Positions 37,935 through 46,204 of a stretch of 64,000 bases of DNA are shown in pieces. The notes beneath the pieces were generated by a model, which worked only from the letters and a program-made list of their open reading frames with translations, ran no database searches and was not told where the DNA came from. Source of the DNA: an uncultured Gammaproteobacteria bacterium (GTDB taxonomy: Bacteria > Patescibacteriota > Microgenomatia > JAMCZE01); contig CAZNUP010000001.1 of NCBI GenBank assembly GCA_964576435.1, positions 611,030 to 675,029 of the forward strand, given 5' to 3'. The translations under genes and the position numbers were made by a program. The stretch's first letter is position 1; each line of letters opens with the position of its first letter.

Positions 37935-38558
37935 TTATTTTCCTAAAAGATCCGCTGAAATCATTTGAGATAAGGTTTCCCTTGGTCCTATTTTGCCTGC
38001 TGGAGCATTTACAGCCCTTGAATAACCTAATTGGCTGGTAATTTCATCCAAACCGCTCTCTCGAGACATTCTCATCCTATCAATTGCCTTATTTTGCCAG
38101 CTAGAAAATTTTAGTGTAAAAATTTTACCTCTTCGAGATCCTAACAAGGTTCCAGACGAATTATAGTTATTGGCAAAACAATAATATATATAAAATGGCC
38201 ACATCGCCTCGCTCTCCAAAGAGTCATAAGCTGTAGCAGCAATCTCTCGAACAGCGTCTATTTTTTTGCCCCGACTAGGCATCCCATCTATAGCTCCAAC
38301 CAGTTTAATATTGCCGGACCCAGAAATTATTTCCTCGTAAGCCATCTTCCTCACAAAATCCAAATTTAGCATCAGTGGGGCAAGTGTGTTTGGAGCAATA
38401 TTATTAGCTTTGTAAAATCTTTCTGCTATTTTAAATCCAAAAACAAACGCTATTGCTCGTATTTTTTCTAAACCATATTGATCACTTATAGATTGAAGGC
38501 TATTAAATTCTGGCTGATCAAACAAGTTTTCTCCCGAAGATAAGTTCTCTTCAAACAT
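37935..38558 (-). CDS. hypothetical protein, paralog B of a tandem pair (207 aa)
   Basis: See paralog A; no recognised domain. Confidence 0.4.
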   Translation of the reverse strand: MFEENLSSGENLFDQPEFNSLQSISDQYGLEKIRAIAFVFGFKIAERFYKANNIAPNTLAPLMLNLDFVRKMAYEEIISGSGNIKLVGAIDGMPSRGKKIDAVREIAATAYDSLESEAMWPFYIYYCFANNYNSSGTLLGSRRGKIFTLKFSSWQNKAIDRMRMSRESGLDEITSQLGYSRAVNAPAGKIGPRETLSQMISADLLGK

Positions 38559-38590
38559 AAGAGAATTATACTATAGGGAATCTCAGGTGT

Positions 38591-39184
38591 CTAATTTCGC
38601 CACCCTTCATAGGCATAATAGTTACCATACTTTTCAACGCAAACAAATGGTGTGTCTGCACGCATGTTTTTAGCGTGCCCCGAAGAATTAATCCAAGCTT
38701 GAACTACATTTTTATAATTTGAATTCATGGCGATATTTTCGGTTATGTAGTGATATGAAGGATAGGGAAGTGTCTTGTTATCGATTCTTGATTGGAACCC
38801 ATCATGGCTAAAATTAGAAGCCACTTCTTTAGCTCTGGTAGCGGCAAACTCACAAGTATATTTATCAGTTTTAACTTCTGAAAGTCCTTGGGTCAACCTG
38901 TATTTATTAATCTCTCCCATAATATAAGTTTTAACATCAGCTGTATTTTGAATGGGGGTTGGTGTCACAGTTGGTTTAGATGTTGGGGAAGATTTTAAAA
39001 CTGGTGACGGTTTAGGTGTGGGAGAGGGTTTGGGTATTGGAATATTAGTAGGGGTTTGGGTTGGGCCAACTTGCTGCCTAGCTTCATTTTTAATTCTCTC
39101 AACCTCTTGATAATAGGCAGTTAAATCAGGCTTTGTTATTGATAGTGTAAATCCTGTTATAAGTCCAAGAAACATGAGAGGCAA
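38591..39184 (-). CDS. secreted CAP/SCP/PR-1-like (YkwD-like) domain protein
   Basis: N-terminal TM, Pro/Thr/Ser-rich linker (PIPKPSPTPKPSPVLKSSPTSKPTVTPTP), C-terminal ...NIAMNSNYKNVVQAWINSSGHAKNM... CAP-domain blocks. Confidence 0.5.
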   Translation of the reverse strand: MPLMFLGLITGFTLSITKPDLTAYYQEVERIKNEARQQVGPTQTPTNIPIPKPSPTPKPSPVLKSSPTSKPTVTPTPIQNTADVKTYIMGEINKYRLTQGLSEVKTDKYTCEFAATRAKEVASNFSHDGFQSRIDNKTLPYPSYHYITENIAMNSNYKNVVQAWINSSGHAKNMRADTPFVCVEKYGNYYAYEGWRN

Positions 39185-39213
39185 AGATACTGTGTATTAA
39201 TATCAATGTCAAA

Positions 39214-40173
39214 TTAATTTTGCCTCTTAAACTCTAGGACTTCTTGGCGTATTTGCGCCACATTTTTACAAAGCATCAGCCTCTGGCGAAGTTCAGCAGC
39301 CTGATCAAAATCTTTGACATACATCTTTATAAATTTCTTAACAATTTCAAAATTTTTTCTATTTCCCCAAGTTTCCACAAAAAGCTCCACATGCTTAAGC
39401 ATTACATCAATTTTTTCTTCTGGAGTATGTTCAATATTGTTGTCACTAAATACCCATGGGTTATGAAAAATCCCACGCCCAATCATAATTCCATCTAGTC
39501 CAAGGTCTTTTACTTTTTCTTTACCCTCACCAATACTTCTAATATCACCATTTCCGATAACAACTGTTTCTGGTGAAATGCTATCACGAAGCTTAACTGC
39601 TTTGCCAATTTCTTCCCAATTAGCAAGTCCTTCTGACATTTGTTTGGCAATTCGACCATGAACCGTCAAGGCCTGAATTTTTTGTTCCAGTAAAAATCCA
39701 AGCCACTCTTCAGTCATAATTGATTTAATGCCTAGCCGAGTTTTGACACTAACTGGAATATCATTAGCCCCCTTTTTAACTCCGTCAATAATTTCAGAAA
39801 CTAGTGGATAGTTACCAATAAGTCCAGAGCAATATCCTTTTCGAACTAAATTTCTTTCAGGACATCCCATATTAATATCAACGCCTGAAAATCCTAAATC
39901 TTGCACAATTTTTGCCGCCTCAAACATTTTTTGTGGATCATTCCCCCAAAGCTGTGCTACAAGTGGAAATTGCTCGTTAGTAAATTTAAGTTTGGTGGAA
40001 ACTCTTTCAAAGCCTTGAGAGCATAGTCCGTCAGAACTAGTAAACTCGGTAAAAAGGACATTAGGTTTAGGTAAAACCGTACTTACTATTTCTCTAAACA
40101 CCAAATCGGTAACGTCCTCCATTGGAGCTAGCACAAAAATGGGTGATGGAAGCTTTGCCCAAAAATTCGTCAT
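39214..40173 (-). CDS. dus: tRNA-dihydrouridine synthase (Dus family)
   Basis: FVLAPMEDVTDLVFREI N-terminal motif, TIM-barrel FMN-binding blocks (DINMGCP, VSVKTRLG, catalytic C in GYCSG). Confidence 0.8.
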   Translation of the reverse strand: MTNFWAKLPSPIFVLAPMEDVTDLVFREIVSTVLPKPNVLFTEFTSSDGLCSQGFERVSTKLKFTNEQFPLVAQLWGNDPQKMFEAAKIVQDLGFSGVDINMGCPERNLVRKGYCSGLIGNYPLVSEIIDGVKKGANDIPVSVKTRLGIKSIMTEEWLGFLLEQKIQALTVHGRIAKQMSEGLANWEEIGKAVKLRDSISPETVVIGNGDIRSIGEGKEKVKDLGLDGIMIGRGIFHNPWVFSDNNIEHTPEEKIDVMLKHVELFVETWGNRKNFEIVKKFIKMYVKDFDQAAELRQRLMLCKNVAQIRQEVLEFKRQN

Positions 40174-40868
40174 ATATTTTGTGATTTTGGATTATTTTTA
40201 GCCCAAGAAAGAAGCCAGTCTCTTTGCCAATCATCAACGCCACCTTCAAAAAGCCTAGACTCAGCGATCGCCTTATCCATAGGCCACTTATCAACTTCAA
40301 ACCTATAAAGGGCAACTAAAGTTCCAGTTCTTCCATATCCACCTCTACAATGAACATGAACTAATCCCTTTTCATTTTTAACTATATTTAAAAACTGTTT
40401 AGCTTGTTCATTTGTGGGTATGCCACCATCTTCAATTGGGAGTTCAACATAATTAAAATTATCACCATGTTGTCCAGCAATTACTTTATCTTCTGTTTCT
40501 TCATCATATTCACCTGGATATCTAAGACTAATTATCGTTTTGTACCCAGCTTCTTTAAGATAAGCGAAATCCGTCAGATTTGGCTGGCCAGACCGACTTA
40601 ATTTCCCATCTTTAACTACAGCAAAAGACCAAAACCCATATTCATTAGGAACTCCATTAGCTCCAAATCTGGGACCATGAAATTCAGGAGTTGATTTTTT
40701 TGTTTGTGTTGAAATGTACCTTTTAATTGCAATTTCGGACTGAATTTCTGGCTGCTTCTTTTTTAAAGAAAAAAGTCCAAAAACCCAAACACCGCAAAAA
40801 AATACGGCTAAAGCTAGCTTCACTTTATTTTTCATAAAAACATCATTTATGCACGTATTATATGACAA
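40170..40868 (-). CDS. secreted protein-tyrosine/dual-specificity phosphatase-like protein (CX5R)
   Basis: VHVHCRGGYGRTGTLVALY = HCxxGxxR(T/S)G P-loop; N-terminal TM (likely true start at MKNKVKLALAVFF, rc 40835). 4-nt overlap with dus. Confidence 0.6.
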   Translation of the reverse strand: MSYNTCINDVFMKNKVKLALAVFFCGVWVFGLFSLKKKQPEIQSEIAIKRYISTQTKKSTPEFHGPRFGANGVPNEYGFWSFAVVKDGKLSRSGQPNLTDFAYLKEAGYKTIISLRYPGEYDEETEDKVIAGQHGDNFNYVELPIEDGGIPTNEQAKQFLNIVKNEKGLVHVHCRGGYGRTGTLVALYRFEVDKWPMDKAIAESRLFEGGVDDWQRDWLLSWAKNNPKSQNI

Positions 40869-41074
40869 ATCAGGGTTATTCTTTAAACTTCCTCTTGAAT
40901 CTTATTTAGAATTGTAAGAAAATGTATTTATGAGCAAAAAGTGGTTAAAGGTGATAATAATCTTAGTAATTGTGGGACTAGTTCTTTCGAGTATCCTTTT
41001 TACTTTCTCTAGTGTTTTTCTCCCAACAAGTCAACAAATCTATTAATAATCTACAAAGGAGGTGACATAAATTT

Positions 41075-41584
41075 ATGGCAGCAAACGTAATGGAACTCAT
41101 GCTTCTCGTGTTTAAGGATGAAAATTCCGCAAAGGAAGCATTGAATAAGCTCAAAGAAGATCAAAAAGCAAAATTGATCGATATTTTGGACGCCGCTATC
41201 CTTAAAAAGGACGAGAACGGAAAAGTTCACTACCAAGAATTGGTCGATATGGAATACAGGAAAAAAGGCCTACTCGTTGGAGGAGGCGCTGGTGTTCTTT
41301 TGGCTCTACTTGGTGGACCAGCAGGTCTTTTGGTCTCTGCAGCAATTGGTGCAGGAGCTGGAGGTCTTGTTTCGAAACTTAAAGACAAAGGTGTACCAAA
41401 TGAAACCCTTAAAGAATGGGCAAATGAACTCGACAAAGGTTCTTCAGCCCTCGTTGCTCTCGTTGAGCACATTTGGGTTGATAAAGTTATCGACGATGTC
41501 GCTGATTACACAGCTTCAGTTGTGAGAAAACAACTTGAAGATGAAGCAGCAACAACGATCCTAACTGTTTCTGAAGAAAAGTAA
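41075..41584 (+). CDS. DUF1269-like general-stress membrane protein
   Basis: 169 aa; Gly-zipper TM pair GGGAGVLLALLGGPAGLLVSAAIGAGAGGLVSKL between soluble segments; strong SD AAAGGAGGTGACATAAATTT. Confidence 0.5.
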   Translation: MAANVMELMLLVFKDENSAKEALNKLKEDQKAKLIDILDAAILKKDENGKVHYQELVDMEYRKKGLLVGGGAGVLLALLGGPAGLLVSAAIGAGAGGLVSKLKDKGVPNETLKEWANELDKGSSALVALVEHIWVDKVIDDVADYTASVVRKQLEDEAATTILTVSEEK

Positions 41585-41607
41585 TATTTTCAAGGAAATT
41601 GGGATTT

Positions 41608-41637
41608 AAAAAACGGGGCGCAAGCTCCGTTTTTTTA
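41608..41637 (+). terminator. rho-independent terminator (ACGGGGC-GCAA-GCTCCGT + T6)
   Basis: 7-bp stem with one G-U pair followed by TTTTTT just after the 41584 stop. Confidence 0.5.
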
Positions 41638-41730
41638 TGTTACTTAAAGAAAATTAAGAGAAGTGTTTAAAAAGACCCATAAAATAAACTTATTGACATT
41701 TAATCTCCTGTGCACAGATACTAATAGGAG

Positions 41731-43671
41731 ATGAGAAAGTTTTTACCATTAGTTTTAATTGTAACAATTGTAGTTTTTACTCTAATACTAGTTGGAAAAC
41801 AAACTTCCTTCTTCAATAAAGCTAGCGAACCCACCGATACAGTAATCACTATTGACAATAGTAGTAAAGAAGTAACTTATGAAGGAGTTTGGAATAAAGT
41901 TAAAACACCATTAGCAACGAATGGGTATTATAGTCAATCTAAAGTAGCAAGTAGTACTGCTCAAGTAAAAATTCCTGGAGGAAATCAGTTTACAATTGAA
42001 TCAATAAAGTGGAGAAACGCTGGAATCGCAAACATTTATATAGATGGAAACCTTTTAGAAACTGTTGATCTTTATGCACCTGGAAAAGAGTATAAATTCA
42101 AAATTGGACCCTTTTCATTGCCACCAGATTCAGACATTCACACTGTAACAATTGAGGTGACTAATCAAAAGAACCCAAAAAGCACGGATTATTTGGTATT
42201 CTTTGATTCCGTTTTATATTCAAAAATTTACACAATCACACCTACCCCAACACCAATTATTGACGCTTCACTAACCATGTCACCGAGTCAAACACCTGTC
42301 CCATCAAAATTGGTTTCTTATGATGACAAAAGCAAAGAATTGTCTTTTATGGGCAAATGGACTGAAGCAAAAACCTCACTAGCAAACGGTGGTACATATA
42401 AATATTCAATAATTCCATTCAACAAAATTAACTTGACCATTGATGGGAAAGGATTTTTTTCTGTAACTACAGTCAAAGAGAAAAAAAACGGGATAATGAA
42501 CATTTTTGTTAATGACCAGCTTGTTGAATCTTTTGACACTTACAACACAGCAAAGTTGTATAACATCAAAACGCCTCTGATTGATCTACCAAATTTAGAC
42601 AAAAATACAATTTCCTTGGAAGTCTCAAGTCAAAAGAATCCTCTAAGTAACGGTTATCTAGTTGCTTTTGACAAAATAGACATTGCCTATAGCCCACCTA
42701 TAACATCGCCATTACCACCCACACCGACCGTATCACCATTACCTGCGGGACTGACTCAAAAGCGAGTTCAAGTTGTTATTTTTGATCCCATTTTAGAGAG
42801 CCAAGGAAATAAAAGACTGTCTCAATATTTAGGCTTTAAAAACTCACAACTAATGACTAACGAAATTATTGATGCCCTAAAAAAAGCAAGTAAAGGGCAG
42901 GTCAATTATGTTATTAACGAAACACAAGTTCTCGACGAATTTGTCCCATATACGGATGGCTATAGGTATACAGACAGTGAATATTTAAACGATTATCAAA
43001 ACGGCACTTTTGACCATGGAGACAATGGAAAGGATCAACCAATGTTTGACTATAAGAAAGTAATTAACGACAAAGCTTGGTGCACCAAAAGAAATTCTGG
43101 TGAAATTGATGAAGTATGGATATGGGGATATCCAAATGCCGGACTATGGGAGTCAAATCTCGCGGGTCCCGGAGCATTCTGGTACAACTCTTCACCCACA
43201 ACAGGAACAACCTGCCAAAAACTTCTTCCGACTATGGGTTTTAATAATAACGTATCTACAGACCTAGCACTACACAGTTATGGGCATAGAATTGAAAGTA
43301 CAATGGAAAACATATTTAATGGGTGGAACTCTGTAACGGGATTTTCTCCTTTTGACACATTTACAAAGAAAAATATAGATTCAACTGGACAATCCCGATG
43401 TGGAAATATTCATTTTGGACCAAATAGTAGCACTGAACATGATTATTCAAACCAAAGCACAGTTCAATCTGCTTGCGATGATTGGTATGAATACCCAAAC
43501 TTACCAAGTACACCCAACTTTAAGGCAACAAACTGTTCCGCTTGGGGTTGTACACAGTTAGGGTTTATGACATGGTGGATGTCACACGTCCCAAACAAAG
43601 ATGGCTTTTTGGATGGAAAATCAACAAACTGGTGGCGCTACATTGTTGACTACGAAAACACTCCTAAGTAA
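41731..43671 (+). CDS. secreted multidomain protein: two tandem ~130-aa modules (paralogous to 33001-33840) + Pro/Thr linker + unknown C-terminal domain
   Basis: Signal/TM MRKFLPLVLIVTIVVFTLILVGKQ; module 1 TDTVITIDNSSKEVTYEGVWNKV...NAGIANIYIDGNLLETVDLY; module 2 LVSYDDKSKELSFMGKWTEA...NGIMNIFVNDQLVESFDTYN; C-terminal Trp/Gly-rich domain (WIWGYPNAGLWESNLAGPGAFWYN). Confidence 0.5.
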   Translation: MRKFLPLVLIVTIVVFTLILVGKQTSFFNKASEPTDTVITIDNSSKEVTYEGVWNKVKTPLATNGYYSQSKVASSTAQVKIPGGNQFTIESIKWRNAGIANIYIDGNLLETVDLYAPGKEYKFKIGPFSLPPDSDIHTVTIEVTNQKNPKSTDYLVFFDSVLYSKIYTITPTPTPIIDASLTMSPSQTPVPSKLVSYDDKSKELSFMGKWTEAKTSLANGGTYKYSIIPFNKINLTIDGKGFFSVTTVKEKKNGIMNIFVNDQLVESFDTYNTAKLYNIKTPLIDLPNLDKNTISLEVSSQKNPLSNGYLVAFDKIDIAYSPPITSPLPPTPTVSPLPAGLTQKRVQVVIFDPILESQGNKRLSQYLGFKNSQLMTNEIIDALKKASKGQVNYVINETQVLDEFVPYTDGYRYTDSEYLNDYQNGTFDHGDNGKDQPMFDYKKVINDKAWCTKRNSGEIDEVWIWGYPNAGLWESNLAGPGAFWYNSSPTTGTTCQKLLPTMGFNNNVSTDLALHSYGHRIESTMENIFNGWNSVTGFSPFDTFTKKNIDSTGQSRCGNIHFGPNSSTEHDYSNQSTVQSACDDWYEYPNLPSTPNFKATNCSAWGCTQLGFMTWWMSHVPNKDGFLDGKSTNWWRYIVDYENTPK

Positions 43672-43677
43672 GCACTT

Positions 43678-44367
43678 ATGAAAATACTCCACTGGAACAT
43701 TTGGATAAAAGAAAATCCAGAGAATATAGTTAACTTATTAAAAGAGCTTGATCCAGATGTTGCTTGTTTAGAAGAATTATCTCCGGGAGTTCCAGAAGTC
43801 ATAGAAGAAAGTAGAATTTTTAAAGACTACTACTATCATGATGCTCAAGTCTGGAAAGATAGGAAACAAGGTAATGCCATTTTTTCAAAATTCTCAATTA
43901 GTGACAGGTCATTTACTTATATAGTTGAACCAAAATCCGGTTCAGACAGGCCAGGTTCCGAGGGGAGAGTTTACCTAGAAGTCAAAACAAATAATCTCAC
44001 AGTTGGCACAACTCATCTCTCTTATGAACCAAAGTTTGTTGACAACAAAGTAAAAACCGACGAAGCAAGCAGACTCGAGCAAATAATTAAGACTAAAAAT
44101 GAAAACTATGTTCTTACTGGAGACTTTAATTCGGCTTCAAGTGGAATAGTTCTAAAGACTATAGAGAAATATCTAAAAAATCTTGGGCCAGATTTAAATT
44201 TAAATACTTGGACTACGAAGTATTTTAATTACAATGGTTTCGAGGAAAACAAACTTAATTGGAGATTGGATCATGTTTTTGGGACTAGTGACATCAAAGT
44301 TGAGAACTCTGAAATTATAAAAACAGAATTTTCTGACCATCTTCCAATTTTAGTTTCATTTATTTAG
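43678..44367 (+). CDS. endonuclease/exonuclease/phosphatase (EEP) family protein
   Basis: N-terminal KILHWNIW...DVACLEEL and C-terminal SDHLPILVSF catalytic blocks. Confidence 0.7.
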   Translation: MKILHWNIWIKENPENIVNLLKELDPDVACLEELSPGVPEVIEESRIFKDYYYHDAQVWKDRKQGNAIFSKFSISDRSFTYIVEPKSGSDRPGSEGRVYLEVKTNNLTVGTTHLSYEPKFVDNKVKTDEASRLEQIIKTKNENYVLTGDFNSASSGIVLKTIEKYLKNLGPDLNLNTWTTKYFNYNGFEENKLNWRLDHVFGTSDIKVENSEIIKTEFSDHLPILVSFI

Positions 44368-44416
44368 AACACGATTAATCTATTGTATTTTTTCTTACAA
44401 ATGCTAATATCAGATT

Positions 44417-44641
44417 ATGGTAATGGATTTTCTCTGGTGGATCATAGGTTTAGCAATTTGGATAGCAATCGCCTTTTGGCCAGCACGAGTTGCAAGTAGA
44501 AAAGGTCATAGTTTTTGGATGTTTTTTATCCTAAGTTTAATTTTCTTTCCCCTCTCAATAATATTGGCTTACGTTGTTAAAGATAAGAAAGCCCCTAAGC
44601 AAGCGGCAGCACCAACTGAAACTTCTCCGAAGGAAAACTAA
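44417..44641 (+). CDS. small two-TM membrane protein
   Basis: 74 aa, two hydrophobic helices, Lys-rich tail. Confidence 0.35.
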   Translation: MVMDFLWWIIGLAIWIAIAFWPARVASRKGHSFWMFFILSLIFFPLSIILAYVVKDKKAPKQAAAPTETSPKEN

Positions 44642-44677
44642 TTATTTGCTGAAGGGGTAGCAGACTTACCACTGATT

Positions 44678-46204
44678 TCATCTAATTGTTCTTGCTTGCG
44701 TCAAAAGAACCCATGGAGAACTATCAGGACTTGATGTGGAAGCAGCTGGACTTTCTCCCTCAGTCCACCATTTAGCTTGATAAGGCACTCCGTCAAAAAG
44801 CACTCGTTGTCCAGCTTCATAAATCTCTTTCCCTGACCAATTTGGGTAAGTTCCAACAGGCAATTTAACTTGTGGGATAGGTTTTTCACCAGGCATAACC
44901 GGTCCTATAAGTTTCCAAGGTGTTTGCCAAACTTGTAAAACTGGATTATCTGGTAAATCTCCCTTAGTCCACCATTTAGCCTGATAAACATTGTGGTGCC
45001 AAACTACTTTAGTTCCTTCTAAGTAAGTTCCATTCTTGGTCCAAATTTGGTATGGACTTTTTTGTGGATCATCTGGTTTTTGTTTTGTATTGTTTGACTT
45101 TGTAACAACTTGGATAGATCCAATCTTTCCTGTAAGTCCGTTACCAAGTGTTTTAGAAAACTGTAGCTTGTTTTGATTAACTCCACTACATGAATCAGAA
45201 ACGATTGAAAGATCAACAAAGTTTTCCCCACACTTAATATCCCTATTTGCTGACCACATAGACACTCTAGCAATTCCTTTAGAAATCGCAAACTTGTTAA
45301 GTCCAGTTGCGTTTTCTGTGGTGAATATTTCGTCAATCACATCATTTTGACCAATCATTGGAGTAGCACCAATCTTTGCCCAAATAGAACCACTATCAAA
45401 GTTAAACCCAGCTTGCTCGTAAATAATCCCCAGCTGTCTATGAGTTTCAGTTAATGCCTCTTCTGAAGCTTCAAGCATACTTTGGTTCTTTGATTTACTT
45501 GCACCATAGTCCATTGTCATAACATTAACTCCAGCCAAATTGACACCATTAGCTAATGTCTCGCTAACTCCATTAGTTCCATCCTCTGTGAGTCCTTGAG
45601 GGGCAACAGGAAGTGTAAGCCAAACTTCAAGCTTCTTCTTTTTATCTTTCTGAATTTGTTGGATTTTAGAAACAACCAAAGCTCTTTTCTTTAAAGCCTC
45701 TTTGTTTGTAAGACCTTTACCCTCAAGATCAAAATCGACTGTATCAATATTGTATCTATCAATAACAGCTTGATAGGCTGCTTGTAGTTTCTTTGAATCA
45801 CTACAACTTGTAGAGAGTTCATCATTTAAAAGTCCTCCAAATGAAATAGCAACATTGCCACCTTTTTGTCTAAACCTAGCAATTCTCCTGTCAAGATCAA
45901 ACTGACTATTAGCTTCATCTAAAGTATAAACCCCTCCCCAAGATGGCGTACAAGGTTCATATTTTGACGCTACAACAAATGCCAAAACCACATTTTTTTG
46001 CCCAGTGGTCATGTCAGTTTGTTCAAATGCATAAGTTGGTGTTGCAGTCACATCAACGTAAGGAGCAAACCATTGGCGAGGTGTAGCATCAATTTCTGGT
46101 TTTTGAAACTTGTTCCAGCTAAGAAACCCGCCAAAACAAAGCCCTATTAAAATAAGGACCACTAAGATAAGCCTTGGCAATGATAATCGTCTATTCTTTT
46201 CCAT
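44678..46204 (-). CDS. GH18 chitinase-like glycoside hydrolase with two C-terminal CBM5/12 chitin-binding modules
   Basis: N-terminal TM; GH18 catalytic DxxDxDxE (DTVDFDLEGKG); two CBM5/12 signatures (YLEGTKVVWHHNVYQAKWWTKGDLP and YEAGQRVLFDGVPYQAKWWTEGESP). Confidence 0.75.
   Translation of the reverse strand: MEKNRRLSLPRLILVVLILIGLCFGGFLSWNKFQKPEIDATPRQWFAPYVDVTATPTYAFEQTDMTTGQKNVVLAFVVASKYEPCTPSWGGVYTLDEANSQFDLDRRIARFRQKGGNVAISFGGLLNDELSTSCSDSKKLQAAYQAVIDRYNIDTVDFDLEGKGLTNKEALKKRALVVSKIQQIQKDKKKKLEVWLTLPVAPQGLTEDGTNGVSETLANGVNLAGVNVMTMDYGASKSKNQSMLEASEEALTETHRQLGIIYEQAGFNFDSGSIWAKIGATPMIGQNDVIDEIFTTENATGLNKFAISKGIARVSMWSANRDIKCGENFVDLSIVSDSCSGVNQNKLQFSKTLGNGLTGKIGSIQVVTKSNNTKQKPDDPQKSPYQIWTKNGTYLEGTKVVWHHNVYQAKWWTKGDLPDNPVLQVWQTPWKLIGPVMPGEKPIPQVKLPVGTYPNWSGKEIYEAGQRVLFDGVPYQAKWWTEGESPAASTSSPDSSPWVLLTQARTIR

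Noticed and set aside
40931-41047. 38-codon ORF encoding a single-TM peptide (MSKKWLKVIIILVIVGLVLSSILF...) upstream of the DUF1269-like gene
   Set aside because: No SD and an AT-rich context where hydrophobic ORFs arise by chance; cannot be supported without conservation or expression data.
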